32,128 nucleotides of DNA from contig DYSM01000002.1 of NCBI GenBank assembly GCA_020718265.1, forward strand, positions 1-32,128, given 5' to 3'. The translations under genes were made by a program, and so were the position numbers. Below are positions 1 to 9,681 of this stretch, in pieces. The notes beneath the pieces were generated by a model, which made no database searches, was not told the origin of the DNA, and saw only the letters and a list, made by a program, of their open reading frames with translations. This stretch comes from Draconibacterium orientale (lineage in GTDB: Bacteria; Bacteroidota; Bacteroidia; Bacteroidales; JAADGE01). Position 1 is the stretch's first letter. The number at the start of each line of letters is the position of its first letter.

Positions 1-87
1 AATCAAGCATATAGATTGTTTAGTTAAAATAAAACAGGCTTTTTAGACCGGACTCGTCATTGATTCAAACTCTTAACCTCATTAGAT

Positions 88-1425
88 GTGAAGCAATTTT
101 TGAGAAGTTTTTATCTGGATAACCGATTTTACCTCGTCGCAACCGGCGCGGCATTCGGATTTCTACTGGGACATTTTTTTCCGCCGTTTTACGGCGTGGC
201 AAAAATTATGCTCATCGCAATTGTTGCGCTGTTTGTGCTTGATTTTCTGTTACTTTACAACAGAGCCAAAACCCGCATCGGCATTCAGCGCGAAACGCCC
301 GAACGCTTATCTAACGGCGATGTCAATAACATCAGAATTTCGGTCAAAAATAATTTTCCGTTTACGGTAAAACTGAACATTATAGATGAAATTCCGCATC
401 AATTTCAAAAACGCGATTTCGTTATCAAACGAAAACTAAAGGCAAATACCGAACATAACCTTGTTTACACCTTGCGTCCGGTGGAACGCGGCGAGTATCA
501 TTTCGGAAACACGAACGTTTACGTAAGTTCGTCCATAAGTTTCATCCAACGTCGATACATTTTTTACAGCGAAAAACCTGTGCCTGTGTATCCGTCGTAT
601 ATTCAAATGCGGAAATACGAACTCATGGCAATTTCCAACCGACTGACCGAAGCCGGCGTAAAAAAAATCAGAAAAATCAGCACGAATAATGAGTTCGACC
701 GCATCCGAAAATACGTTACGGGCGACGATTTCCGAACCATAAATTGGAAAGCCACCGCACGGAAAACAGAAGTCATGGTCAATCAATATCAGGACGAAAA
801 AGCTCAACGCGTGTACAGCATTATTGATATGGGACGCAGCATGAAAATGCCTTTTGAAGAATTGTCCTTGCTGGATTACGCGATAAACGCCGCGCTGGTC
901 ATTTCCAACATTGCCATGATAAAACACGACAAAGCCGGACTCATCACGTTTTGCAAAAAAGTAGAAAGCATCGTGCCCGCTGACCGTAAAAAGTTGCAAA
1001 TGAACACAATCATGGACGTACTTTACAAAGCGGATACCGATTTTTCGGAATCGAACTTAGAAGTCTTGTATTCAGCTGTGAAACAAAATGTTAATCAACG
1101 AAGTTTGCTGCTTGTTTACACGAATTTTGAAGGTTTATCGTCCATGCAAAGGCAGTTGCGTTATTTCAAATTGCTGGCAAAAAGCCACATTGTGGTTGTG
1201 ATTTTCTTTGAAAATACGGAACTTTCGCAAATCACAAAAAACCGACCGGCATCCGTCGAAGATATTTATATTAAGACCATTGCGGAAAAATTAGCTTACG
1301 AAAAAAAGCAAATTGTGTTTGAATTGAAAAAACACGGCATCCATTCCATTCTCACCGAACCGGAATTGCTTACCGTAAATACAATCAATAAATATCTGGA
1401 AATAAAAGCAAAAGGCTTACTCTAA
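88..1425 (+). CDS. DUF58 domain-containing membrane protein (vWA-like, MoxR-associated family)
   Basis: 445-aa ORF with a GTG start. Two N-terminal hydrophobic helices. Hallmark DUF58 motif FDRIRKYVTGDDFRTINWKATARK, followed by a vWA-like core (VYSIIDMGRSM). Confidence 0.85.
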   Translation: MKQFLRSFYLDNRFYLVATGAAFGFLLGHFFPPFYGVAKIMLIAIVALFVLDFLLLYNRAKTRIGIQRETPERLSNGDVNNIRISVKNNFPFTVKLNIIDEIPHQFQKRDFVIKRKLKANTEHNLVYTLRPVERGEYHFGNTNVYVSSSISFIQRRYIFYSEKPVPVYPSYIQMRKYELMAISNRLTEAGVKKIRKISTNNEFDRIRKYVTGDDFRTINWKATARKTEVMVNQYQDEKAQRVYSIIDMGRSMKMPFEELSLLDYAINAALVISNIAMIKHDKAGLITFCKKVESIVPADRKKLQMNTIMDVLYKADTDFSESNLEVLYSAVKQNVNQRSLLLVYTNFEGLSSMQRQLRYFKLLAKSHIVVVIFFENTELSQITKNRPASVEDIYIKTIAEKLAYEKKQIVFELKKHGIHSILTEPELLTVNTINKYLEIKAKGLL

Positions 1426-1646
1426 TGGTTTGAAGGCAAGTTAAATTCGTCAAACAAAGACGGATAATCCCTGTCAAAACGTTCGAGTACAGCAGTGATT
1501 ACAGCCTCGCGAACGAATTTCGCTCTGTTTTTTACTCGATATTTTTTACAATATTTATCTAACGCACTTTTTTCCAAATCGTTCAATTTAAAAACAATGT
1601 GGTGTGTGCGCAACATTTTCGATTTATCCTCTTGTTCCGTAGCCAT
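1422..1646 (-). CDS. Small ribbon-helix-helix (CopG/Arc/MetJ-like) DNA-binding protein, function unknown
   Basis: 74-aa ORF with an ATG start, convergent with the DUF58 gene and overlapping its 3' end by 4 nt. Pattern is beta-strand (HHIVFKLND), helix (LEKSALDKYCKKY), helix (NRAKFVREAVITAVLERF), typical of RHH folds. No family-level identification is possible by eye. Confidence 0.5.
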   Translation of the reverse strand: MATEQEDKSKMLRTHHIVFKLNDLEKSALDKYCKKYRVKNRAKFVREAVITAVLERFDRDYPSLFDEFNLPSNH

Positions 1647-2133
1647 AATTAAAACAATGCAGGTACAAAAATATAAAGTTTTTCGGTATCAACAAGTTTG
1701 TTGGTTGTAAATAAGCCAAAAGTTATACACATTTTTTGAGATTTGAATTTAATAACTCTGTTAATAACTGTTGATAAAAAGTTAAGAATTTACAGAAAAA
1801 ATATTTTGTAAATTAAAATACTCATCAGTTTGAACAAAAAAATTAGATTTCCAAAAAAAGTTATTAAAAAAAATGAAAAGTTATCAACAGAATATTAAAC
1901 ATTTAGAACACAAAAAAATATCCTCAAAACACATTTACAAAAATAATTAACATCTGTTCAAAACCTATATTAACTCTTTGAATACAAACAGATTCAACAC
2001 ATAAGAAAATGTTAATTATTTGTTTACAAATTTAAAATTTGAAATATTCAAGTAAAATTTACTTAAATTTGTAACCGTTTTAACAAACTATCATTATTAT
2101 CATTAAAGTTTTTATAAATCTATTATAATATTT
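1647..2133. promoter_or_regulatory. Very AT-rich divergent intergenic region (RHH gene <-> nadA) with a DnaA-box-like motif cluster and A-tracts
   Basis: No ORF of 60 aa or more. Motifs: TATCAACA 1687-1694, TTATACACA 1723-1731 (fits relaxed DnaA box TTATNCACA), TGTTGATAA 1769-1777 (TTATCAACA on the minus strand), TTATCAACA 1881-1889. A7-A8 runs at 1836-1842, 1853-1859 and 1866-1873. Confidence 0.4.
2064..2071 (+). promoter_or_regulatory. Candidate Bacteroidetes -7 promoter box (TAAATTTG) for nadA
   Basis: Exact match to the Bacteroides/Flavobacterium sigma-A -7 consensus TAnnTTTG, 62 nt upstream of the nadA ATG. A TTTG lies 22 nt upstream, slightly longer than the canonical 19-21 nt spacing. 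Confidence 0.3.
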
Positions 2134-3126
2134 ATGTATAGTGAAGAAGTCCGCAATTTCGGTTTTGTAAACCAAGCGATACCCGCAGGGCTAAATATAG
2201 TTGATGAACTAAACGCGTTGAAGAAAAAGAAAAACGCTGTAATTCTCGCACACTATTACGTGGCGGATGACGTGCAAGATGTTGCCGATTTTGTGGGCGA
2301 CAGCCTCGCTTTATCGCAACGTGCGGCGGAAACCAATGCCGATATTATTTTGTTTGCCGGTGTGCATTTTATGGCAGAAACTGCTAAAATTTTATCGCCG
2401 AACAAAAAAGTGCTTTTGCCTGACCTTACAGCCGGCTGTTCGCTCGCCGATTCGTGCCCTGCGCCGGATTTCGAGGCTTTTTTGAAAAACTATCCGAACC
2501 ACACCGTAATTTCTTACGTAAACACAACGGCTGCGGTCAAAGCCTTGTCGCACATTATTTGCACGTCGTCAAACGCAAAGCAAATTGTGCAAAGCATTCC
2601 TGTCGAAAAGCCGATAGTATTTGGTCCCGATAGCAATCTCGGAAATTGGATTAGTCGTGAAACCGGACGCGAAATGGTAATTTGGGACGGCGCGTGCCAC
2701 GTGCACAACGAATTTTCGTTGGAACGCATTTTGGCTTTGAAAAATCAAAATCCGGATGCTAAACTCATTTCGCATCCCGAATGTCAAAAACCAATTTTGG
2801 AAGTTTCAGACTTTGTCGGTTCTACGGCAATGCTTATAAAATACTCTTATACAGATAATTCAGAGAAATATATTGTCGCAACCGAACCCGGCGTTTTGCA
2901 CGAAATGCGAAAACACAGCCCGAACAAAACGTTCATTCCCGCGCCCGGCGAAGATGCGAATTGCGCGTGCAGCGAATGCCAATTTATGAAACGACACACG
3001 CTCGAAAAAGTCTATAATTGTTTGAAATTCGAATTGCCCGAAATTGATTTGGATGAAAATTTAAGTCGAAAAGCTTTGAAACCAATTCAACGCATGTTGG
3101 ACATTTCTGCAAAACTTGGGTTGTAA
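2134..3126 (+). CDS. nadA: Quinolinate synthase NadA
   Basis: 330 aa with typical NadA length and motifs: ILAHYY, VADFVGDSLALS, HFMAETAKIL, three conserved Cys regions, and a C-terminal CxxC-containing segment (CACSECQFMK). Confidence 0.95.
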   Translation: MYSEEVRNFGFVNQAIPAGLNIVDELNALKKKKNAVILAHYYVADDVQDVADFVGDSLALSQRAAETNADIILFAGVHFMAETAKILSPNKKVLLPDLTAGCSLADSCPAPDFEAFLKNYPNHTVISYVNTTAAVKALSHIICTSSNAKQIVQSIPVEKPIVFGPDSNLGNWISRETGREMVIWDGACHVHNEFSLERILALKNQNPDAKLISHPECQKPILEVSDFVGSTAMLIKYSYTDNSEKYIVATEPGVLHEMRKHSPNKTFIPAPGEDANCACSECQFMKRHTLEKVYNCLKFELPEIDLDENLSRKALKPIQRMLDISAKLGL

Positions 3127-4671
3127 ATGAACAAAAGATTTTCAATATTGCTTTTTTTAATTTTATCTAATGTTTTGATAACCAAAGCACAAGATAAAGT
3201 TAATCCGAACGGATATAACGCATTTCATCACCCGAACGGCACCGTTGCAAGCGAAGGAACTATGAAAGACGGCAAACCTGTCGGCTATTGGAAATCGTAT
3301 TATCCCGACGGCGTGATTCGTTCCGAGGGCAATCGTATTGATAATGAGCTTGACAGCCTTTGGAAATTCTATTCTCCAAACGGAACGCTTCAAAAAGTTA
3401 TTGATTACAGACAAGGCAAAAAAAGCGGTTATTTTATGCTTTACGAAACGTTCAGCGACAGTATTTCAACACGTAATGTTCTGATTTCAAAAGAATTGTA
3501 TATTGATGACAAGCTAAACGGCGTTTCAAATTATTATGACAGTCTCGGAAATCTTTCAAAAACAACAACTTATGAAAACGGACGTAAACATGGTTTCGAG
3601 CGTTATTACGCGCCCGACGGCAGAGTTACAGCCATATTGCGTTATGCACACGACAATTTGTTAAGTTCGGAACAACTGAATCAACTTGATAAAAACGGAA
3701 ACAAAATCGGCGTTTGGAAAGAATTTTATCCGGACGGACAGCTAAAATCGTTTGCAAATTACGATGTCGGAAAGTTAGACGGCTATTTTCGTGAATATTC
3801 TCCGACGGGCATGATTACGAAACAAAATTTTTATCGTGAAGGTATTGTAAATAAAGAAGTTGAAGCACAATTGAACAAAACAGCCGATGTGGTTGTTAAA
3901 ACGCGCGAAGACGGCACGCTCTTGTCAAAAGGTTCGTTTATTGACGGAAAACCGGTCGGAATTCACAGAGAATTTGACGAAAAAGGCAACGTGATTTCAG
4001 CTTCGGAATACGATGAAAATGGCGTTTTGCTCGGAAAAGGTATCATGACAAACGAAGGCAAGCGGGTAGGCGAGTGGTCGTTTTTCTATTCGGACGGAAC
4101 TGTAAAAAGCAAAGGCAAATTTACCGACAATAAACGCTCCGGCGAATGGCAATTTTATTTTGAAAACGGCTCAAAAGAACAAATCGGAAATTATACAAAC
4201 GGTTTACCGGAAGGCAAATGGAATTGGTTTTACCCGAACGGAAATGCAAGACGCTCTGGATTTTATCTTCGTGGTAAAGAAGAAGGCTATTTTGTAGAAT
4301 TTGGCATAAATCAAGATACTCTTTCTGCCGGAAAATACATTTCGGGTATGAAAATGGAAAAATGGACGGAAGTTGTGAATGACCACACGGAACGCGGTGT
4401 ATATCAGGCTAATAGAAAGTCCGGCGAATGGAAAAATTTCTATTTTGGCGATAAACTCGAGTTTGTCGGCTCGTATGTGGACGGAATGCCGGACGGCGAG
4501 CATAAATACTTCTATCCCAACGGAATAATAAAATTGGAAGCCAAATACAGTATGGGAATACCGGACGGCGAATGGACGAAATTCGACGTTTTCGGTGTTG
4601 TTGAAACGACTTGGTTTTACAAAAGCGGCGAGCTTATACGCATTGACGGACTGAAAGTTAGAGAAGATTAG
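3127..4671 (+). CDS. Secreted MORN-variant / YwqK-family repeat protein
   Basis: 514 aa. N-terminal signal peptide (MNKRFSILLFLILSNVLITKAQ). More than 12 iterations of the G-x-W-x-x-(Y/F)Y-P(N/D)G repeat. Start ATG abuts the nadA stop (TAAATG). Confidence 0.8.
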   Translation: MNKRFSILLFLILSNVLITKAQDKVNPNGYNAFHHPNGTVASEGTMKDGKPVGYWKSYYPDGVIRSEGNRIDNELDSLWKFYSPNGTLQKVIDYRQGKKSGYFMLYETFSDSISTRNVLISKELYIDDKLNGVSNYYDSLGNLSKTTTYENGRKHGFERYYAPDGRVTAILRYAHDNLLSSEQLNQLDKNGNKIGVWKEFYPDGQLKSFANYDVGKLDGYFREYSPTGMITKQNFYREGIVNKEVEAQLNKTADVVVKTREDGTLLSKGSFIDGKPVGIHREFDEKGNVISASEYDENGVLLGKGIMTNEGKRVGEWSFFYSDGTVKSKGKFTDNKRSGEWQFYFENGSKEQIGNYTNGLPEGKWNWFYPNGNARRSGFYLRGKEEGYFVEFGINQDTLSAGKYISGMKMEKWTEVVNDHTERGVYQANRKSGEWKNFYFGDKLEFVGSYVDGMPDGEHKYFYPNGIIKLEAKYSMGIPDGEWTKFDVFGVVETTWFYKSGELIRIDGLKVRED

Positions 4672-4921
4672 TAATAAGTATTAAGTAGTTAGTAGTTAGA
4701 CTTTTTTTTAATATAGATTTTCTAAAATATTCGATTATAGGGCTATTACAAAATATTCGTTTACAAATCTTAATACTTGCTACGAATTGCTTACGAAAGG
4801 ATTATCAACAAAGTATAATAGTTTTATCTTTAACTTATTGATATTCAAATGTTATCAAAATTATTCATTATTCATTATTAATTTTTCATTCCTTAATACT
4901 CAATTCTCAAATCTCAACAAA

Positions 4922-5941
4922 TTGGAACAAACAAACAGACATATCACCCCGCAGGATTTGCAAGCCGAAGGAAAATTGCGCCCCGATTCGTTTACTCAAT
5001 TTGCAGGGCAGCCGACTCTGGTTGAGAATCTGAAAATTTTTGTTCAGGCAGCCAAAATGCGCGGCGAATCGCTCGACCATGTCCTTCTGCACGGTCCGCC
5101 CGGCTTGGGAAAAACTACGTTGTCGAACATCATTGCCAAAGAATTGGGCGTGGATATGAAAATTACTTCCGGTCCGGTTTTGGATAAACCCGGCGACCTT
5201 GCCGGTTTGCTTACTAATTTGAACGATAACGATGTTCTGTTTATTGATGAAATTCACAGACTTAGCCCCGTGGTGGAAGAGTATTTGTATTCCGCCATGG
5301 AAGATTTTACCATAGACATCATGTTAGATAAAGGACCTGCGGCGCGTTCTATCCAATTGACCTTGAATAAGTTCACGCTCGTAGGTGCTACCACACGTGC
5401 AGGCTTACTCACATCGCCTTTACGTGCGCGATTCGGCATAAAATTTTTACTTGAATATTACAATATCGAAGTTTTAACTCAAATCATAAAACGTTCAGCA
5501 TCAATACTTAATGTTCAAATTGTCCCTGCGGCTGCAGTTGAAATTGCAACGCGAAGTCGAGGAACGCCGCGTATTGCAAATGCTTTGTTGCGCCGAGTGC
5601 GCGATTTTGCACAAGTCAAAGGAAACGGCAATATTGATTTGGAAATTGCTACCTTTGCGCTTGATGCTCTGAATATTGATAAAAAAGGTCTGGACGAAAT
5701 GGACAATAAAATTCTCAACACGTTGATAGATAAGTTCAACGGCGGACCTGTGGGGTTGAATACGATTGCTACGGCTGTGGGTGAAGATGCAGGCACAATT
5801 GAAGAGGTTTACGAACCGTATTTGATTATGGAAGGCTTGCTGAATCGCACCCCGCGCGGGCGAATGGTTACGGACAACGCCTACAAACATTTGCGAAAAT
5901 CCAAACCCACAAGTCAGAATATTTTATTTGAAATTGAATAA
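4922..5941 (+). CDS. ruvB: Holliday junction branch migration DNA helicase RuvB
   Basis: Walker [10 protein letters not shown], Walker B LFIDEIH, sensor and arginine-finger regions, and a C-terminal winged helix. The tracked ORF opens at TTG 4787, but its first 45 aa are F/I/N-rich junk. In-frame TTG at 4922 gives a canonical 339-aa RuvB, and no in-frame ATG is available. Confidence 0.93.
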   Translation: MEQTNRHITPQDLQAEGKLRPDSFTQFAGQPTLVENLKIFVQAAKMRGESLDHVLLHGPPGLGKTTLSNIIAKELGVDMKITSGPVLDKPGDLAGLLTNLNDNDVLFIDEIHRLSPVVEEYLYSAMEDFTIDIMLDKGPAARSIQLTLNKFTLVGATTRAGLLTSPLRARFGIKFLLEYYNIEVLTQIIKRSASILNVQIVPAAAVEIATRSRGTPRIANALLRRVRDFAQVKGNGNIDLEIATFALDALNIDKKGLDEMDNKILNTLIDKFNGGPVGLNTIATAVGEDAGTIEEVYEPYLIMEGLLNRTPRGRMVTDNAYKHLRKSKPTSQNILFEIE

Positions 5942-6005
5942 GTTAGATTGTTGTATTTACAAGTAAGTATTTAGAAATTAGATTTTTAACAAAGAAAATA
6001 TCCTT

Positions 6006-7001
6006 ATGAAACTCATAATTCCGATGGCAGGCATGGGCAAACGCATGCGCCCGCATACACTCACGATTCCGAAACCGCTTTTGCCGATTGCCGGAAAACC
6101 TATCGTTCAACGACTTGCCGAAGAAATCGCCGAAGTTGCAGGTGCACAACTCGAAGAAATTGCATTTATAATCGGCGATTTTGGTAAAGATGTTGAAAAC
6201 CAATTGCTTGACATCGCAAAAAATCTCGGTGCTGTTGGTAAAATTTATTATCAGGAGCAAGCACTCGGCACCGCACATGCAATTTATTGCGCCGCAGAAT
6301 CACTCCAAGGCAATGTTACGGTGGCGTTTGCGGACACACTTTTCAAAGCTGATTTTTATTTAGATACAGATGCCGATGCCGTTATTTGGTCAAAACAAGT
6401 TGAAAATCCTCAGGCATTTGGCGTGTTGAAAGTTGATAACGAAGGTTTTATCACAGATTTTATCGAAAAACCAAAAATATTCGTATCCGATTTGGCAATT
6501 ATCGGAATTTATTATTTCAAATCGGGCGAACAATTAGCTGCTGAGTTGAAATATCTGCTTGATAATAAAATAGTTGTGAACGGTGAATACCAACTTACCG
6601 ATGCGCTTGAAAACATGAAAAACAAAGGCGTAAAATTTAAAACCGCAACGGTGGACGAATGGCTCGATTGCGGAAATAAGGATTCTACGGTTGCCACAAA
6701 CGGAAGAATTTTGTGGCACATCGGCAATACAATTTCAGAATCAGCAAGTTATGTTAATTCGGTTATCATCGAACCTTGTTTTTTGGGCGAAAATGTCGTT
6801 ATCGAAAATTCCGTCATCGGTCCGTTTGTTTCTGTGGAGACGGGAACTCAAATAATTAAATCTGTGATTTCTAACGCAATAATCGGTCAAAATACGAAAT
6901 TATCCGGACTTTTTGCCGACAATTGTATGCTCGGAAATTACGTCGAACTCACAGAATCATCAAAAAATTTGAGTATCGGAGATTTTTCTGCGCTGTATTA
7001 A
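6006..7001 (+). CDS. Sugar-phosphate nucleotidyltransferase with C-terminal left-handed beta-helix
   Basis: 331 aa. N-terminal NTP_transferase signature MKLIIPMAGMGKRMRPHTLTIPKPLLPIAGKPIV. C-terminal hexapeptide-like repeats (VIIEP..VVIENSVIGPFVSV). Confidence 0.8.
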   Translation: MKLIIPMAGMGKRMRPHTLTIPKPLLPIAGKPIVQRLAEEIAEVAGAQLEEIAFIIGDFGKDVENQLLDIAKNLGAVGKIYYQEQALGTAHAIYCAAESLQGNVTVAFADTLFKADFYLDTDADAVIWSKQVENPQAFGVLKVDNEGFITDFIEKPKIFVSDLAIIGIYYFKSGEQLAAELKYLLDNKIVVNGEYQLTDALENMKNKGVKFKTATVDEWLDCGNKDSTVATNGRILWHIGNTISESASYVNSVIIEPCFLGENVVIENSVIGPFVSVETGTQIIKSVISNAIIGQNTKLSGLFADNCMLGNYVELTESSKNLSIGDFSALY

Positions 7002-7042
7002 AATTTTAAAACGATATTTGCAGATTCGACAAAATACAATTT

Positions 7043-8782
7043 ATGCGTGTTCGCAGTTTTAGTTTTGGATTAATATTTTTTGCCTTTCTGTTCATTTTCA
7101 CAGGATTAGTAAGTTCGTGCGGCATTCAAAATGAAAATAAAAAACAGGAAGCAGATGCTAAATCAAAATCGGAACTCGAATTCAAATATCTCTATGCCGA
7201 AGCCGGAAAAGCCTACATGTTTGGCAATTTGAAACAAGCCTCACAGCTTTATACTGCTGCTATTCAGGCAAATCCGACGAGTGCCGCGTCAAATTATTAT
7301 CTCGCAAAAGTTTATCTCGAAAAAAATGAGATTCAAAGTGCATATAATTTTGCCGGAAAAGCTATAAATTTAAATCCAAATAATCTGTGGTACAGTTTGT
7401 TATATTCCGATATTGCAGTTGCAATCGAACGATTCGGAGATGCTCAAAACGCGCTTTCGGCACAATTGAAACTAAATTCGAATAACGAACTTGTTTACAG
7501 CAGATTATGCAATTTGTATCAGATTTTGAACGATTTACCAAGACTTCTCGAAACTTTCTCCGACATGCAAAAACGTTTTGGTTTTGAAAACGACCGTGCA
7601 TTGCAAATATTTGATATTTACATGTCTTCCGGCGATTTTCCGTCGGCTGAGCAAACCGCTCGTGATTTAATTTCAGCAAATCCGGACGATCTTAAATTTC
7701 AAGCTCTCTTGGCTGAATTTTACATTCAATCATTTCGGAAAGAGGACGCTAAAAAATTGTATGCCAACTTGTTAAAAAAATCCGGAGATGATGCTATTTT
7801 TCGACTTTCGTATGCCATGTATGCTGATTCTGAACGAGATACAGCCGGTTTTCTTGAAAGTTGCAATATCGTAGTTAATTCATCGGATGTCAGAATTGAA
7901 GATAAATTGAAACTTTTGGTGCAAGGTTACGAAAATTCAGCGTTAATTTCCGACGAACAATACGAGGCTTTTTTGAATCAATTGCTTGAACAACAGCCGG
8001 ATTCTTATTTGCCAAACTTATATTATGCCGATTTTTTATTGTCAGAAGGCGAAGATGCCGATGCGCTCTCAAATTACAGAATTGCTTCAAAATCTGAACC
8101 TTCAGATTTTAATTTGGCTGTAAGTGTGTTTGAATTAGAATACGAACTTTCTGATTTTGAATCACTCTACGATGATGCTTCGTTTTTTTCGGAAATTTAT
8201 CCAAATCAAGCTAAAATATTCTTATACAAAGGCATAGCTGCACTTATGACGAAGCGTTTCAAAGAAGCGGAAGAAGCCTTGCGTTACGGTTCCGATTTAG
8301 CTTTCGATGATGCGCAACTTGCCGAGCAATTTAATTCGTATCTTGCTGAAAATTATTCTCTTACAGGTAAATATGATTTAGCTGACCGTTATTTTGAAAA
8401 AGTTTTGTCCATGAATCCGTTAAATTGTTCGGTATCTGCCAGTTATGCCAGATGTTTGGCTTACAGAAAAACTTCTTTGACAAAAGCAGAACAGCTAACT
8501 TCAACGTGTAAAGACAGTTATCCGGAAAATGCAACATTTCTGGCAACTTGGGCGTTGATTCTTTTACAAAAAGGCGAATTGGAGAAAGCGCAGCAAACCG
8601 TTAAAAAAGCGTTTTCAATTCAACCTGAAAATATCCATGTGCTTGAAATCTATGGAGATATCGTGTTTCATACAGGCGAAACGGATACTGCTGTTTCGTT
8701 TTGGCAAAAATCAAAAACGAACGGAAACATTTCGCCGGTTATAGAGCGCAAAATTTCACAAAAAACATTTTTATCAAAATAA
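7043..8782 (+). CDS. TPR-repeat lipoprotein
   Basis: 579 aa. Signal peptide plus lipobox (LVSSC). Repeated 34-aa TPR-like units (A..Y..AI..NP). First gene of a tightly spaced same-strand block running to mnmG. Confidence 0.8.
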   Translation: MRVRSFSFGLIFFAFLFIFTGLVSSCGIQNENKKQEADAKSKSELEFKYLYAEAGKAYMFGNLKQASQLYTAAIQANPTSAASNYYLAKVYLEKNEIQSAYNFAGKAINLNPNNLWYSLLYSDIAVAIERFGDAQNALSAQLKLNSNNELVYSRLCNLYQILNDLPRLLETFSDMQKRFGFENDRALQIFDIYMSSGDFPSAEQTARDLISANPDDLKFQALLAEFYIQSFRKEDAKKLYANLLKKSGDDAIFRLSYAMYADSERDTAGFLESCNIVVNSSDVRIEDKLKLLVQGYENSALISDEQYEAFLNQLLEQQPDSYLPNLYYADFLLSEGEDADALSNYRIASKSEPSDFNLAVSVFELEYELSDFESLYDDASFFSEIYPNQAKIFLYKGIAALMTKRFKEAEEALRYGSDLAFDDAQLAEQFNSYLAENYSLTGKYDLADRYFEKVLSMNPLNCSVSASYARCLAYRKTSLTKAEQLTSTCKDSYPENATFLATWALILLQKGELEKAQQTVKKAFSIQPENIHVLEIYGDIVFHTGETDTAVSFWQKSKTNGNISPVIERKISQKTFLSK

Positions 8783-8813
8783 ATCATTGAATTTTAATCG
8801 TTTAAAAAATATC

Positions 8814-9674
8814 ATGAAGTTAAGACTTTTCATTTTTACAGTTTTCATCGCAACTTTGCTGACATCGTGCGGCTTGCTCAAAAATCATCAGACTGACCCT
8901 GCCGTTATTGACAAAACTGATTCGGTAAAGGTTGATAAACATGCGTTTAAACCGGATCCGGAAGTCGTAAAATTTGTTGAAGCTCTAAAACCCGGCTATT
9001 TAAAATACGAAACCTTGGCTATGAAATTTTCCGGCGAAATACTTGATAATGAGAATAATTCTACGCCGCTCAAAGGTATTATTCGCATGAAACGCGATTC
9101 GTTTGTTTGGATTTCTGTCCGTCCCGGGTTGGGGATTGAACTTGCAAGAGCTTCTTTTACAACGGACAGCGTAAAGTTTCTCGACCGCATGAAATCCACG
9201 TATTTCGCAGGAAGTTACGCTTTTACAGATTCTGCTTTTTCGGTTTATACGGATTACAACATGATTCAGTCGTTGCTAACGAACCAATTTTTTGTGTATC
9301 ACCCGGATAAGAATTTAAAGCCCGCTTATGGTAAATTCAAAATTAAAAAAATGGCTGCGGACACGGAACTTTTTTACAAAGATTCCGTAAACTTGAATGC
9401 TTATGAACAAATTGTTCGATTTTCAGCAGATATGAAAATTTTGCAAGTCTCTGCTCTGTCGGCGGCTTTGCAACGCAATGTGGTTGTAAATTACTCCGAC
9501 TTTGTGTTGTTTAATAACGCAAACATCGCAAAACACATTGAAGCTGTGATTACCGAAAAAGGAAAAACAACGAAAATGATTTTAGATTTGTCCGATTTTG
9601 AATTGAATATGCCTGCAAAATATACGTTCAAAATTCCAAATTCATATACACCAATGTCATTGAAAAAGAAATAA
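8814..9674 (+). CDS. DUF4292-like outer-membrane lipoprotein
   Basis: Signal peptide and lipobox MKLRLFIFTVFIATLLTSCG. Size and position (between a TPR protein and an M23 protein) match the Bacteroidota DUF4292 family as I recall it. The tracked ORF starts at TTG 8787, but ATG 8814 fits the signal peptide better. Confidence 0.6.
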   Translation: MKLRLFIFTVFIATLLTSCGLLKNHQTDPAVIDKTDSVKVDKHAFKPDPEVVKFVEALKPGYLKYETLAMKFSGEILDNENNSTPLKGIIRMKRDSFVWISVRPGLGIELARASFTTDSVKFLDRMKSTYFAGSYAFTDSAFSVYTDYNMIQSLLTNQFFVYHPDKNLKPAYGKFKIKKMAADTELFYKDSVNLNAYEQIVRFSADMKILQVSALSAALQRNVVVNYSDFVLFNNANIAKHIEAVITEKGKTTKMILDLSDFELNMPAKYTFKIPNSYTPMSLKKK

Positions 9675-9681
9675 TTAGCTT

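Noticed and set aside
1-87. Possible 3' end of an upstream gene (frame 2 stops at 44-46)
   Set aside because: Only 14 codons are visible. That is too little sequence to support any call.
436-999. 187-aa ORF antisense to the DUF58 gene
   Set aside because: It lies entirely inside a well-supported CDS on the opposite strand. Its composition (H/F/V/G-rich) is typical of a shadow frame, and it has no recognisable motif.
1873-1950. 25-codon ORF MKSYQQNIKHLEHKKISSKHIYKNN inside the AT-rich region upstream of nadA
   Set aside because: An ORF this short is expected by chance in A-rich DNA. There is no promoter, RBS or conservation evidence available. It overlaps the TTATCAACA box, which is the more likely functional element.
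4787-4921. 45-aa N-terminal extension of ruvB ([33 protein letters not shown]...)
   Set aside because: It is low-complexity AT-rich read-through of the leader and has no similarity to RuvB N-termini. It was not treated as a signal peptide or fusion.
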